Source: Psammoneis japonica (lineage: Eukaryota). Taken from it: a stretch of DNA of 64,000 nt. Below, piece by piece: positions 14,298 through 28,000 of the stretch. Each line of letters starts with the position of its first letter. Within the stretch, counting starts at the first letter, position 1. The DNA lies in the NCBI GenBank assembly GCA_008632985.1, contig QPGO01000094.1, positions 230,721 to 294,720 of the forward strand, in the 5' to 3' direction. The notes beneath the pieces were generated by a model that saw only the letters and a list, made by a program, of their open reading frames with translations, made no database searches and was not told the DNA's origin. Both the position numbers and the translations under genes were made by a program.

Positions 14298-15235
14298 TCT
14301 TCGTGACTAGCAACTTGTTCTGAAGCGGTCGTCGTGCCGATGCGTCTCTTTCTCATCTCGTGGTTGAACGGCGTCGCGTTTCGCTGAACGCGTCGGATGG
14401 AGTTTTCGAGAATTCCAAAAAATCCAGCTGACGTCATCACCGTTGACGTACGTACACATTTGTTCATTGCCAAACCAGCACAGCCAAAAATAATTTGAAA
14501 ACCTTGACAGAACAACACAGCACTTTAGCTAGGAAGTAAAGTTCTGTTGATGTTATTCAACACGAAGCATTTCACCTCAGTTGTCTGCCCCCAATTTGTC
14601 AGATTGGCACTTCTTGTGCTGTGCAAGGTTGTTTCTTTTTTGTCAGAGAGCTCTGCTCCTTGTGCCTTTGCGTCATGTGTCGTGTGCTGTGCACGCAGCT
14701 GGCACACCAAGCAACTCTGGATCATGTGCCCTGCCTTTCCCACAGACTCCATTCAATGTCTGCACACAGACTCCAAAGGGCTTCAAAAGGCTTCAACTTT
14801 GACAAGTGACAAGGCAACAAAAAATTGTGTGGCGGTGGTGGCCACCACTGGCTCCCATCTGAGGGGGGCGGAGACTGTTGTTTGTCCGGTTGTCTCTGGC
14901 ACAGCTGCTTTTTACAGCAGGCAATGTGGTGCCCCATTGCTTTGATCTTCACCCACACTTGCAGGCAGACATTTGTTCTGTGTTCTTCATCCTTTTTAGA
15001 GGGTGCTGCCCCTGCTTCTCTCTGTGCCTGCAGGCAGTTTGGTGGTGCAGCTCTGTGTGTTTTAAGAAGCAAAACAGCGCATCTTCAATCCCTTCCAAAG
15101 CATGTGTGGCATCATGAAGCTCCCCCTTTTTCCCACAAGAGTGGCTGCTGCTTGCTCCTTTTCCTGTCATTGTCTGCAGAAATCTTTGCTTTAGAAAGAC
15201 TGCCACACCCCCCCTCCCCCTGCGGAGAGCCAAGA

Positions 15236-15480
15236 TGACAGAAAATGAAGATGACTGGGTGGAAGAAAACAACAACTCCTCACTGCTGTCTAAATGGCAG
15301 ATGAGTCTCCATGCAGAGACCATCACAGGAGCTGAAAGACTGGTGTCATGACATTGGTGCTGCTGTCATTGTTCTTGTGAGCCGTGTGGCTCGAAAGCAA
15401 ACCACATCGCACGATGTGCGCTGAACCAAGAGCACACATGATCATGTGTGACAAACTAAAATCTTGGTCAAATCCTGTCA
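15236..15480 (-). repeat. 3' LTR of copia A
   Basis: Direct repeat of 22056-22297, TG...CA ends, flanked by TSD and PPT. Confidence 0.9.
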
Positions 15481-18400
15481 CTCCCCAGTTTGCTTGAGGG
15501 GTCAACAGTGACAGATTTGAAGTCAGATTGGTTGAAAGCCCAGGGATCGAAGTTCCAAAACATCAGAGGACGAAGGAGGCTCCAGATTTGGGAGCAACCC
15601 CAATGCTTGCTGAGGATGTCAGCCGGGTTGCAGGAGCCTTTGACAAAATGAAACTCGAGGAAACCGGAGGCAATCGCCTCATGCACACGATGGAATGAGA
15701 GGGCGGTGTGTCGTTTGTGTGACTCGGAGTGCGGGATGGCAGCACTGTCCACAACCGACTTGTTGTCCCCAAACATGTGACATGTTTCACGAATGGGAAC
15801 ACCAAGGCAACGCAAAGTGATGCACAGATCAATGATCTGCTCAACCCACGTCCTTGCGGCAACAAACTCGGATCCATGTGCAGCAGCTTCAACTGTTGCT
15901 TGTTTCTTGGAGAACCAATCAGCCGGAAACTTGTTGAGGAAATGGAGGATGCCGGTGACAGAGCATCCAGAGATTGCAATGGAACAAGTTCGCATCAACG
16001 CAGTGTGTGGTGGTGACGAACTTGCCAAGCGGCTCGGGTGCATCTTGCGGGAGCAGCTCTTCTGCCTCCCCACACACAGATTGAGCCCAGTCATGCATGG
16101 GTTTGGGGAGGTCCGAACAGTCGGGCTCCTCGGTGCGCACTCGGAGGGCGCCATGACGCATCTTAGAGGAATCTGCAGATGCATTTGGCGTGGTCTCGGT
16201 GGCCTTGACGTGGTGCTGCATGGAAGCCAGACAGGGACATGACAGCCATGGTGATGTCAATGCAACCTGGAGACACGGCCCATTGCAGGGATCCAATCAA
16301 GGATTGGAGTTGGTGGATGCCGTCCGGTTTGAGCAGTTCGGAGGTGTCAAGCTCAGGGTGGTCACCCTTGTCAAGGGGTGAAAGCACATCAGTGCGGGGC
16401 TTCTCCCCAAAGAGGTGCACGTGGTTGTCAACCATGTGCTTGATGCACTTGCAGGGAGCAAGGCACAGAGTGCCATCTGGGTCACGGCAGGGTGTCTGCA
16501 AAAGCCTGGGGGTCCTTCATGGCGAAGGCTGGGTCGCCCACATGCACTGCCACGCATTCGCAGTGGTCGCCATTCCTGTGCAGCCAGATGTCGGGTTTGG
16601 CTTTGCATGGGAAGAAGCCTTCGGCACGCAAGCAATTGGCAAAGCATTCATGCCATCTGAGTCCGGAGCTGCGGAGTCCGTACAAAGCCTTGTGGATGAC
16701 AAGGATGTGTCCTTCCAGGTCGCCAAACTCGGGGCCTGCTGCGATGTGCAATTCTCCTTGGTCGTGGCTTCGAGGCAGGCATTCCCAATGTCAGTGGCCC
16801 AGGTCTCTAGTTCGTTGAGTTCGGCCAGGAAGATCATCCTTCGCAGGCCACGTAGAGACACTGCTCCGGAATGGACACTGTCAACAGGCACGTCTGTGAG
16901 GTGTCCATCAGCAACAAGCCTTGCTTTGTGCCATCCGTCATGTTTGACGTCGCAGACGAGGTGCACTCAGATCTTCTTGTGTCCTGATGGAGCACTGGAA
17001 TCCTTGTGGTGTCCGCAGTTGTGGAAGACCTTGCACTCATTAAGCTGAGTCATCTCAAGGTCTGTTGCGTCTCCCCACTTAAAGTTGCCGTTGCGCTCAT
17101 CAAGGGCCATGGCATGCTTGTGGTCCTGTGGCACTTCACACCCGCACTTGCATCGTGGCACAGTGTGAAAGGAGTGTAACTTGGCTTGGTTGGCCATGCG
17201 GAACAGCTTCTTCTGGCGAAGGGCTGTCTTGCAAAAACGTCTCCACCCTTCGGTTTCTAGAAGGCCGTGCTCATGTGCGTAGATGGCACAGGTGATGGGG
17301 TCGTCCTTGGCAATGATGGCAAGAGGTTCAGACGTGATCTCCCCATTCTCCCACTCAAGCATGACGTTGCAGCTTGAGCCTTTCCATGAGGGATCATGGG
17401 TTCGCAATGGTCCTTTGTGTGATGCGATGTGTCGGAACTTCCAGAGAGTGGTGTCCTCGTCTTCTTGCTCAATGCGGTGCATGATGTCATTGCAGGCCAG
17501 GACTTCCTCGCATTCGTCATTGTTGATGGAGCAAATGAACTTGACCAGTTCAGGATTGCCTCCGATTTTCCAGTCGTGGTCCTCAATGGCTTTGACGATG
17601 CGGGCTCTGTGGCATTGTCCATCCTCTTGTGGCTTCATGAGGAAGGTGCATCCCATGATGTCCTTGGGGTCAAAGACCGGCATTTTGGGCATCCTGATCG
17701 CCTCCCCATCTGGTCAATCTGGCAAATCCTTGGAGTCATGGCGGGATTTAATGACAGGGTCAGCAGATTTCTTGTCAGGAGGATCAAGACGCAGGTTTGG
17801 AGCAGATGGGTCACGGGCGGAGCGCACGTTGGAACAGTGGAGAATCTTCTGAGTGTCATCAGAAAGAATCTTGAACGTCATTTGGTGACCAACGTGTTTG
17901 GCGATGCCAACAAAGCAACCACACAATTCACGAGATTTGGGCGGCCAGTCGGAATCATCCAGGTGGCAGCACACGGGTTCCCACCATTGAAAGCGGAGGA
18001 GTGGGCTGATGTCAGGAGCAGAGCCGGACAGCCTTGGTGGGGGTGCGCCAGTGGAGCTTGGCAGATGCCGTGTGGTTGAGCACAAAACACACGCACATCA
18101 GGGTGAGCAGCCAGGTGCAAGCTGGGGACCCGAAGCGATCCATGACAGTGTCAGCCATGGTCTTCACAGTTTGGCAGCGGCATTCAGTGAAATTCTGATG
18201 CCGGTGGTGAGGCTTGCTTTGCCAACTGGAGATGAAGAGGGCACGAAGGATGACAAGAACCTTGTTGCTGATCTCAACCTGAGCACGGTCGCTGATGAGC
18301 TTGGACGGGGCACCGCGGTTACGAATGTTGTCTTCGAGGGTGTTGACAAATTCTTTGTCAGTTTTGGTGCCATGCACATCAGTGACGAGAGATTCCATGC

Positions 18401-19814
18401 CGACAAAGAGCTGGGCGCTGGTGCAACCAGAGTCAATGGCAGGGGGTGTCGGCACAGACCGTGTCGGCGGCAACGGGTTCATTGCGTCGGTGGACATTGA
18501 GAGCCGGGTTGGGTGATTTGCACGCCTTTTTCAGGTGCATGCTGGCTGGCATGTGGGTGCACTGCATCATGCAATCAAAAGTGCGGCGGACAGTGTCCTT
18601 CGGGAGAAAGCCAAAGCAGGGGCGGAAGGTGCAGATCTGGGCGGTTTCTCACCAGAACGGGCGGAAGGAGGCCGTTCAGGTGCCAGGAGATGTTGCAAGT
18701 CGCCGGGTGGCAGGGGCTTGTGCCTGGTGAAATGAGCCAGAATGGGGTTAGCATCAGCTGCATCGGCTGTGGCGTCGGATGGTGCAAGCTCCGATGCAAG
18801 ATCATGGGTGTTGGCAGGCAAGTTGATGTCGCCGTCACTGCCAAGACGGAGGTCGTGCAGGTTGACCATCGTTGAGTCATGGTGGTTGCTGGTGTGGGCA
18901 TTGCGCGAGCCAAGAATGATGGCCTTGGTGGACTGGGGCAAGGTGTCCCAAATGCGCTGATGGTCCAGCGGAATGCAACGCCATTGTTCCCTGGTGAGGG
19001 AGTTGCCACGGGTCTGTGCAGCATGAGCTTGGATGACGTCAACATCACTGTCGATGTTGAAGAATGCATCATCATGGGGGTCGTAAGGAACCAGGTCATG
19101 TTCGTAGATGGCACGGCGTGGAGCGCAAGGAGCAGTCTTGGGGGTGAACGTGCTGTCGCACTGTGCTGCAGCAGAAAGCAGAAATCCACAGTGCTCTTCG
19201 CAAGAGAGACCCTTTCCATTCTGTGTGCGGAACTGATCAGCTTGATTCTTTGCCAAACAGAGTTCTTTGACAGGATGAACGGCGTTCTCAAGCATGACAC
19301 ATTTCTGGCCAACAGAGAAGTGGTCCGCACCTGGGACAAGAGCTTCGTGCTTGTGAAGCTGGTCCTGCCAGTGAAGCATGAAGGCATGAGTGGATCCTTT
19401 CCATGTGCCATCACTGAGGCAAGCAGTGGTGAGGCACATGAGAAGGGTCGAGGACTCCAGGGATGTGCAAGTGGAAGCAAGGGCGCACTTGGAGAGGTCA
19501 CGACAGACCACTTGAGCATCAGAGGAGCCGACATGTTGACGGACAAGTGCCTTGCCTTTGTCATTCTGCAAGATCCATTTGAACACTGCAAACATGCACT
19601 TCTGTTGTTCATCAAACAGGGCCTTGTCCTCAGCTGCAGAGGGCTTGTGCGTTGGGTCGAGAGTGTGTGCGACGTCTTGGGAGCGGGCCTCTGTGATGAC
19701 GGAGGTGTGCCACGTGTGCCACTGTTTGTTGGACTTGAGAACCGCGAAGGCAAGTGGGTCACGTTTGATGCCTCATTTAAAGTCACGCACGGGATCACGT
19801 GGTTTGGGTGGCAA

Positions 19815-20854
19815 TGGGGTGTCCTGGCACGCGCGCTGGTTGGTTGGTTCGTTGGCTCGTGGAGGGAATCCTGAGGGAATTCTGCCAAATTTGTCTTGCT
19901 CGCGGGAGGATGCCTCGCACAGTGTGGTTCGTAACTTGGACTTTTCAGTCTTACAGACCAGCCGCAGCCGCTGAATGAAAACATGCCAAAAAAACAACCG
20001 CAGGGGCCACAGTAAAAATCAGCACTCCCATTCAGTCCCGGATTTCTCTTTTTTGTCGCTCCAGAAAATGATGAAAAAAAGAGCTTGGAGGTTTTGCCCA
20101 GTGCCAGCTGCAACATTTGTTGTGTACACACGACCTGCTTCGACCCACTTGACGAATGAAAACATTGAAAATGTGCACTTGCATCAGAGAAAGTGAACTG
20201 TTTCAGATTTGTCGTAGTGCCACCAACAAACTGCCGGCACGTGACGATCTGCCACCAAACTCCCAAAGCAATGATGGCGGCTGCAATTCGGGCAATCAAT
20301 TCCTCCGTCGTTGCACTGTTGAGACGTCACATTGAGACAGGGCATCATGCCAATGCCTCCAGTTTGTACGCCAACGTTTGTTGCGATGAATGATGTGGTC
20401 GTCAGCATCTTCTCGGTGTCGACGCCGAGAACGCCTTTGCCAAGGCATGCAGTGGCAGCCCTAAGAGGCAACAAAAACAACCCCGTCACAGTGCAAATGT
20501 TTGATGTGATTCATTTTTTTTGTGACTGTCGAGGTGCTAGATTAAAATTTTATTCACATGTGTCATGCCTTGAATCATGCAACGAGAAAAGGTTGTTGTG
20601 ATGCTTCATAAAATGTCCGTGTTGTGTGCAGGTGACCTGGACACATTCTGTGCACAAGACCGGATCGCATTCCACGGGACTGAGATGTTTTGACAAAACG
20701 GAAGCTCCAACCCACCGAGGGAAAATCTCACTTTGCACGGGCATTGATCAGATGGTCACACAGCTTCATGAACTCACGAACAGAAACAGAATCTTCGTGC
20801 GTGCCGCGCCAAACCAACCAACCAACCAACCAGCGCGCATGCTGGGACACCCTG
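19815..20854. mobile_element. Non-autonomous TIR DNA element inserted in gag of copia A
   Basis: ~35-bp inverted ends TGGGGTGTCCTGGCACGCGCGCTGGTTGGTTGG / CCAACCAACCAGCGCGCATGCTGGGACACCCTG; removing it rejoins gag in frame (SAPTPGL..LPPKPRDPVRDFK). Confidence 0.8.
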
Positions 20855-22055
20855 ACAAGCCAGGAGTGGGAGCAGATGGTGCTGTGCCCATGGAGAGGGA
20901 CGCTGCACACTCAGGACTAAGACAACAGTTGGTGAACTCCTCTTGTGTGAACAATTGAGGGTCATTGCTGACATCCGCGCTGCCGTGCGCTTTTGCCATG
21001 TACAGGCTAATCAACGCAGCTGTCTGTGCTTTGTAACCATGTGGCAAAGGCACATGACTGGTGCCGTCGTTGCACACAAGGGCATCCAATTGCATCGGAG
21101 TAAAAGTGAAAAGGTCCTGATGCAAATCGGTTCCATCAATGTTGAGGGCGGAGCACAGTGGACTGTCTGCGGCTTGATTCAGAACAGTGCCTAGAATGTG
21201 CTCGAGGCCATCGATTTGCTGTTGCCTGGTGAGAACCATGTTGCAACTGGGTGGGTGTCGGAACCAGCTAGAATCGGAGTGTGGGCTTGAAATGACTTGA
21301 AACTTGACTTGAATCTTGACTTGATGTCTTGAACTGTCTCAAGAGTCAGAAGCCGCTGGGCTGTGACATCCCGTTCGTAGTTGAGTGCTGAGCTTCCTGT
21401 CCGGTCCGTAGACTTGTGCCGGCATGTCCGAACCCGCAGCTGGTGATGCTTTGGGTTGCTTGAGAGCAGAGTGACGGGTTAAAAACCCCTGCTGACAAGC
21501 TGACCAGAGGTGGACAAGACCTCCGAACCGTTCTCATTTTATGTCGGTTGGATGACCCGATCAGGCCGGCCAAATTTGGCGCTGTGGAGGGATGAACAAA
21601 TGTGGGAAATGCACCCTCACCCCAACGCAGGCTGCAATCACGAACTGCTTCCTCTCACAGTTGTCCTTGTGGACCTTGTGGGACTGCAGAGGACCAGCAA
21701 TCCAGTGTGGATACAAGGCAGTAGACTTGGCGTGCGTGGAGCAGAGCCAGAGTCAGGGGTTTGTGTCGTGTGCGCGAGGATGCGAGCGGATGGATTGGTG
21801 GGATCCGCTGTGAGGAATCCGGAATCTCGGATGCTTGAGAATTTGGGAAATCCTGGTCAAACAAACATCTGGCGTTGAATGAACACATCCAACGATGGGA
21901 GGTGTTGGATAAATCCAAACATGTAGATTCAATCCAGCACCCAGCAGTGAAGAAGGTAGATGCATGCTTCCACCGCCAACGGTGCGCGTCGTCGAAAAAT
22001 TTCTCCATGACGATGATGAATGCTCAATGGACAATGAAGAGCAAGACTGTCAATC

Positions 22056-22297
22056 TCACAGAAAATGATGACTGGGTGGAAGAAAACAACAACTCCTTGC
22101 TGCTGTCTAAATGGCAGATGAGTCTCCATGCAGAGACCGTTGCAGGAGCCGAAAGACTGGTGTCGTGATGTCGGCACTGCTGTCATTGTTCTTGTGAGCC
22201 ATGTGGCTCAAAAGCAAACTACATCGCACGACTCGCGTGGAACTGAGAGCACACACAATTGTGTGTGACAAACTAAAATCTTGTTCAAATCCTGTCA
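22056..22297 (-). repeat. 5' LTR of copia A
   Basis: Direct repeat of 15236-15480, followed by TSD CAAGA. Confidence 0.9.
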
Positions 22298-25047
22298 CAA
22301 GAGCTGCACTCTTTTGTTGTCCCAACATCATTGGCCACTTTGTCATTGCTGCTGTTGACTGCAGCTCAGACGTCTTCACAATGTTTTCCCTGTCTGTGTG
22401 GGTTGGCTTCAAACCAAGTGGGCAATTTGCATTTCCCATGAAGTTGAGGTTGCTGGCAACTCTGTCCAGGCTGAGCAAGTTTGGCACCACCCAGATGTCA
22501 CACCGCATGGACTGCATTTTTTGTGCAGCAAGGGCAAGTCTCTTGAAATCTTCAAGGAGAAGACCAACATGTGTTTGAAAGCTGGTTGCCCCTCTGGTTC
22601 TTTTCTGTGTGCTTTGTCTCCATGGCAGACACCCAGTTTGCCAAAATGACTTTTCCAAAGACCTGGACTCTGTTTTCAACAAGTTCTCTGTCAGATCAAT
22701 GTTGTGTCTGCATTGAGTCACAGCACAGAGGGCCTTGGAGAAGCCTTCTCACCTGGGGCCTCTGACTGGCCATGCAATGGGCCACAAGGGTGGGGTGCAA
22801 CCTGCTTCCCACAGCTTGTTTTGGGGTTTGTCAGAAGACTTGCTGCTCTTTTGCTTCCAACAGCACAGCAATGCAAGAAAGGAGGCCTTCTAAACCTTGT
22901 GCTTTTTGCACCATGTGCTTGGTGTTGTGGGAGGAGTGTGTTGCAGGGACACCCATCCAGCAACCCACAATGATCCTTTGCCATCACAGGCTGGGGTGCT
23001 CTGTCTCCCATGCCCAAAAGCTGGATTTGGCAGAACTCTTGCATTTCACCAAAACAGCACACTTGCAACAGCAGAGGATTCTTGGTGAGAGCTCATTTCT
23101 GCTGCACTGCTGTGACCTGTGGTCATGTCACATCTTGCAGCTTGACAACAGCAAGGTCTTTGCCAAGAAATCTTCCTCCTGTGCAGTTGCCCTGGCTGAG
23201 TTGTAGTGGAGAGCAAAGAGATGGGGTCATCAGGTGGCTGCTGCTCTCTCTCTCTCTCTCTTCATCTTTGTTGGAGAGTTCTCCCTCCTCGCGTGCAGCC
23301 ATGAGATCAAGCAACATTGCCACACTCTCATGTGCAAGCAAACAGCACCAAGCACTCCTTTGCAATGCAGTGCACCCCAACATGCCAGCCTGTGACTCGC
23401 AACTCAGCCATTTTGCAAAGCCCTCTTGGACTTGTTCCTTGCATTGTCCACCAGCTGCTGTGCAGCATCCTCAGATGCTGTCCAAGCGGAAACTTGATCC
23501 CCTGCATTTTTCAACACAGGAGCAGCCCTGTCCTTCTGAAGAACATTTTGACAATGTGGCCTTGTTGCCCAACCCCCACCCCTCTTGGTGCTGCCAACGT
23601 GGTGCACTTTTGCCAGGCATGGTGGGATGCCAGCCAGAAAATGCATGTTTTTGTCTGTTCTTCCACTGTGTTCTGTGGAGCCACACAGTGGCACTGGCAG
23701 GTTTGGTGACAACAACACAAGGAATTTTGACAAGTTGATGTGTGCCCCACATGGCCCAGCTTTGTTGATTTGGTGCACCAGAGACTTGCAACAACCAGAC
23801 TCTCCATTGCAAGTCAAGCCAAAGCTGCAATGTGGGACAGAAGCTGCTCTCACTCCCAAAGCCCAAACTGGCATTGACAAGTGCCAAAACATCCAGGTGA
23901 TGAGGCTGGTGTGCTCCAAAAAAGGCACCTCTCTTTGCTCTTAACATGACAGTCATGGTGGCTGGAGAGCAAGCTGAGAAGTGGTTGGCACAGGCAAATT
24001 GTCATGCCTGTGGTTGCCCCCCCCCCGCCATGTGTGCAACAAAAAAAAGGTCTGCCCCTGCTCCTTCTTGACAGTGATCTGAGTGACACAATTGTGCAGA
24101 TGACATTTGGTGCAGCTGCTTTTCTGCAGCTCTTTCCTGTGCTGCCCTGGTGCCACAAATGTGACATCATTTTTGTGCAGCTCTTTGCAAACAGCTCTGC
24201 AATGTGAGGAATGAATGTGGGTCAAGAAGCCTGCGGCACTCACTCTTGAGTGTGATTCTCAACAGCACCCAGAAGAGCTGATGCCTGAATCAATGGACAC
24301 ATTTTGGCACGTTGTTCACCCATGAAAGGCACCCCAATGTGAGGGCACAAAAACCTGACAGCACTTGAAAGTCACTGAAATTGTCAACAAGCCTGTCAAT
24401 CCATGCTGAACAAAGGAGAGGCAATGTCTGCAAATTGTGAACAAAATGCAGCAGTTCCAACAACATTGTTTCTTCTGTCCTCGTGAAGCCAAAGTGCAGT
24501 GTGCATTGACAGACTTGCACTGGACAGCTCTAAAAACACTTTTGATTTTGTGGCTCATCATTTTCAAGGAATCTACAGATGGTTTGGAGTGCAATCTGGA
24601 GAATTGCCCCAGGTTTGTTGGCAGTGCATGGTGCACTGCAGTTTGTGTTAGATCCAATGTTGGCAGGGACAGATGAGTTGGCCCCTCTTTTTTCCTTGGC
24701 AGCTGCCTCTTTTCTTCAAGGAGGGGCCACAAAAGGCCACCACCCATGACCCCTCTCTGCAAGACTGCTCCCCCCAACTGGCCCAGCCCTGCTGGCTTGA
24801 GAAGACTCAACACTTGTTTTGCAGAAGGCCAGGGGGGTGAGACTTCTCTCCCCATGCCATGGCAACAGTGCTGGAGATGCTTTTTGAGGTGTCACAACTG
24901 TTGTCAGCTCCACTCTGTCTGCTTTGAACAGAGACACATCATTGTCAAATGCATCTGTCCTGTCTGGTGCATTGCCATCCTTTTTCTCAGTCTGCCATCA
25001 AACCATGTGCACTTTGTCAGTGAGTGTCTGTGGCTTCTGTTTTGTTG

Positions 25048-28000
25048 TGACAGACATCCGAGATGGGGAGCACACTCCCTTGTGTCGGACAGACTAGCAT
25101 GGACAGCATGGAGAGATCCGATGATCTCTCCTTTGCTCACTTTCTTTCTCATCCAGCACACGATTGTCATCTGTCCTAGACATCCGTTAGATTGTCCTGA
25201 TGCGCTAGTCTGTAAGGTTGTGAGCAGCAGTGCACTGTTCCTCTTCCTCTACACTCATCTGTTGCAACGCCTGTTGTGTGATTTGGCGGCTTTTTCTTCG
25301 TTGAAATCGTCATCATTGTCACAGCTGTTTTTTCACCTCTCGATTTGTGATCAAATGACCACTGCAGAACACATGCCAGAGCTCTACGTGGGAATTTGAT
25401 TTTTTTCCCGCGCAACCATGGTGAACAAAAATCAAAACGCCATCGATTTGACCAAGATCAAGACAGTGCGGGTTGAATTCAGCCCACATGATCGCTTGCC
25501 CGATGCCCGTGCTTTCCTGAACACCCTTTGTTTGGACGCGATCCCTGCTCCTGAAGATCTTTTGGATGGATTTGCCCCTCAAGGCCTCAAGAGCGATGCT
25601 CTTGCCATTCTCCGTCACAAGATCATTCAGAATCTCATCATCCCTGAAGCCACCCTGACCAAAGATCTTGCACGAATCGGACCGATCATTGAAAAGGCTC
25701 CTCTCTTTGCAGCCACCCCTCAAGGCTCCCCGGTTCGTCTGAACCTCAGCACTCTTCAGAATGCTGTGGTTGGAGCGATCACAGAGAACCACAGCACCAC
25801 AAAGGTGTGTGTTGGTGCTTTGTGTTTCCATTTCAGTCCTGATTTCCAGCATCATGATTGCTGGGATGACACCTCAGATGATCCGCATCCAGTCCCACTG
25901 GCTGCTCCAAGTTCTGCATCCCCATTGATTGCTGCTGCAGGTCCCACTCCTGAAGACTTTGCTGAGGCCCCAGCCACTCACTTGCATGGTCCAAAACAGT
26001 TTGAGCAAGCCATGACAAATGCATTGAAGAACTCTGCTCCCAAGGTGTCGTCTTCTGCACCGTCTGCCATGACTGCTGCTGGTGTGGCTTCTTCATCAAC
26101 CACTGCCAGTGCCACACACACCTTCAATCTGAAAGGACTTCCAAAGGATGTGCCAGCCTGCTGTCAGCACAAGGAAGCTGGGAAAGCAGCACTTGGCAAA
26201 TCTCTGGTGCCCCGCAAGTCTGGAAACCTTTGTTGCGAGGATGGCACTGAGCGTCTCATCCTCACTGATGGTTCACTTTTTGTTCATCGCACTGACTGGG
26301 ATGCAAAATCATTTCTTCGTGATCCTCTCACTTGTGATGACATCTCTCCTCAAGGAATCCGTGCATGGTGCATTGCTGCAACCCAACAAGCCTCGGCTTG
26401 TGGCACACACATGCATCCTCTGTGGTGTTTTATCAAGGATGGTGGAAATTGGGGTTTCACCTGTGGTGATGATCCCACCGATGATCTGCCTCTCCGGATG
26501 ATGGTGGCACTTGAAAGAATGAAACTGACTGTCTTCCAGCACATTCAGAAAGTTGGAATTTTTCCGGCAGACTCCAAGCACCCTGACATCGTTCACCAAT
26601 GTTGTGGTGATGGACACACGGCTGTCAAGATGATTCTCTTTGACATCCCACCGATTTGGATGAAGCGTCCATGTGAGTTGATCAAGAGCTGCCCGCACCA
26701 AAACAATCTTACGGTCCTCAGCTGTTGTGCTCCATTCAGAGACTGCCTCCAGCTATGAGCTGTCATCTCCAATGTTGATGCATCTCTTGATGACCCTGGT
26801 GAGCTTGATGTCTTTCTCAGCAATGCCCGCTGTGGCGAGCACCTTCACCGTAAAACAGCGGACGCCCAGGAAGACAAGACCAAACAACACAAGTTCACCC
26901 AGAAGAAGATTGTTGAAACTGTTAGTGCGATTCTCAAGGAACCGGACAGCCCAGCTCTGCGTGTCAAGGACCCTCCCAAATGTCCTCCACGTCATCTTCA
27001 CACTTCGCCTCCTCCTTCTCTCGCAGCTCCTGTTCGCGGTCTTGCCTCACTTCCCCAGGATGAAGTTTCTACTCCGCCTCCAGCGATTGAAGAGCCTCCC
27101 AAGGAATCTGACTCTCCTCCCACGGAAGAACCCACGGAAACTGTGGAACATTTTGTGAATGAACTTGCTGCTGTGGATGTTCCTGCAGATGATGATGCAC
27201 AAGCCCTCCATGGTGTCTACAAGGCCTGCATCTATGGGATCAAGTCCTTGCCTGCCATTGCACAGAACTGTCCATGTGTTGTTTGTGGCAACAACCACTT
27301 TTCCATGAGTGTCCTGTGTTGAACAATGCTGAGTGCCTGCGCACCCATCTTGTTCGGTTCTCCCAGTTTCTTCAACGTGACCAGCGTGCCCGTGATGCAC
27401 TTAAGTCTGGCACGGCCAAGAAGGATTTTTCCCAGGGCCACTGTCATGTTTGGACAAACAATGCCGCCCATCCTCCTCCAATCCGAAAACTCCTGCAAGC
27501 GGGGTAACTGTGAAAGAGGGTCCAAACGACTTGTTGCCTTCTGCTGCTCCTCCTCTTTCACCTGTCTCATTTGCTGCCCTTCTTTCGAGCTCGACGAAGG
27601 CTGGCACTCCTGATCCCAAGACAATTCCTGATGATGACCCTGGCAATCACAATCAGGGGAGGGAATTCGATCCTCCCACATTGGATGCTGATGCTCCATT
27701 GTCCACTGATCAAGACCAAGAATTTGAGCATCTTGATGTGACTGACACCCAGCATTTGTCGCCTCTCAGTGCCGCGTGCATCTCCCCGATTTTTTCTCCC
27801 CCGGAGTCACCTACGACCTTTGCATCCTTGGCTGCCCCAGTCATTCCCATCAATCATGTGCTTCGTGATTCAACGACACATCGTGCACAGATTGATGCTG
27901 GTGCTTGGGCATCCTGTGCAGGGGACAAGAACCTCCTCCACACCTGTGCTCCTTTTGGACCGGACAACCCATGCCCTTTGAAGATGCTTCCGGCTGCTGA

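Larger units (their letters stand above)
15236..22297 (-). mobile_element. Ty1/copia LTR retrotransposon A (diatom CoDi-like), inactivated
   Basis: LTRs 15236-15480 and 22056-22297; 5-bp TSD CAAGA (15231-15235, 22298-22302); polypurine tract adjacent to the 3' LTR (15481-15488); gag from 21239, integrase (~18500-17700), RT (KARLVADGH, KALYGLRSSG), RNase H (GSEFVAAR, MFGDNKSVV, NPADILSKHW). Integrase precedes RT. Protease region appears deleted near 18550. Confidence 0.92.
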
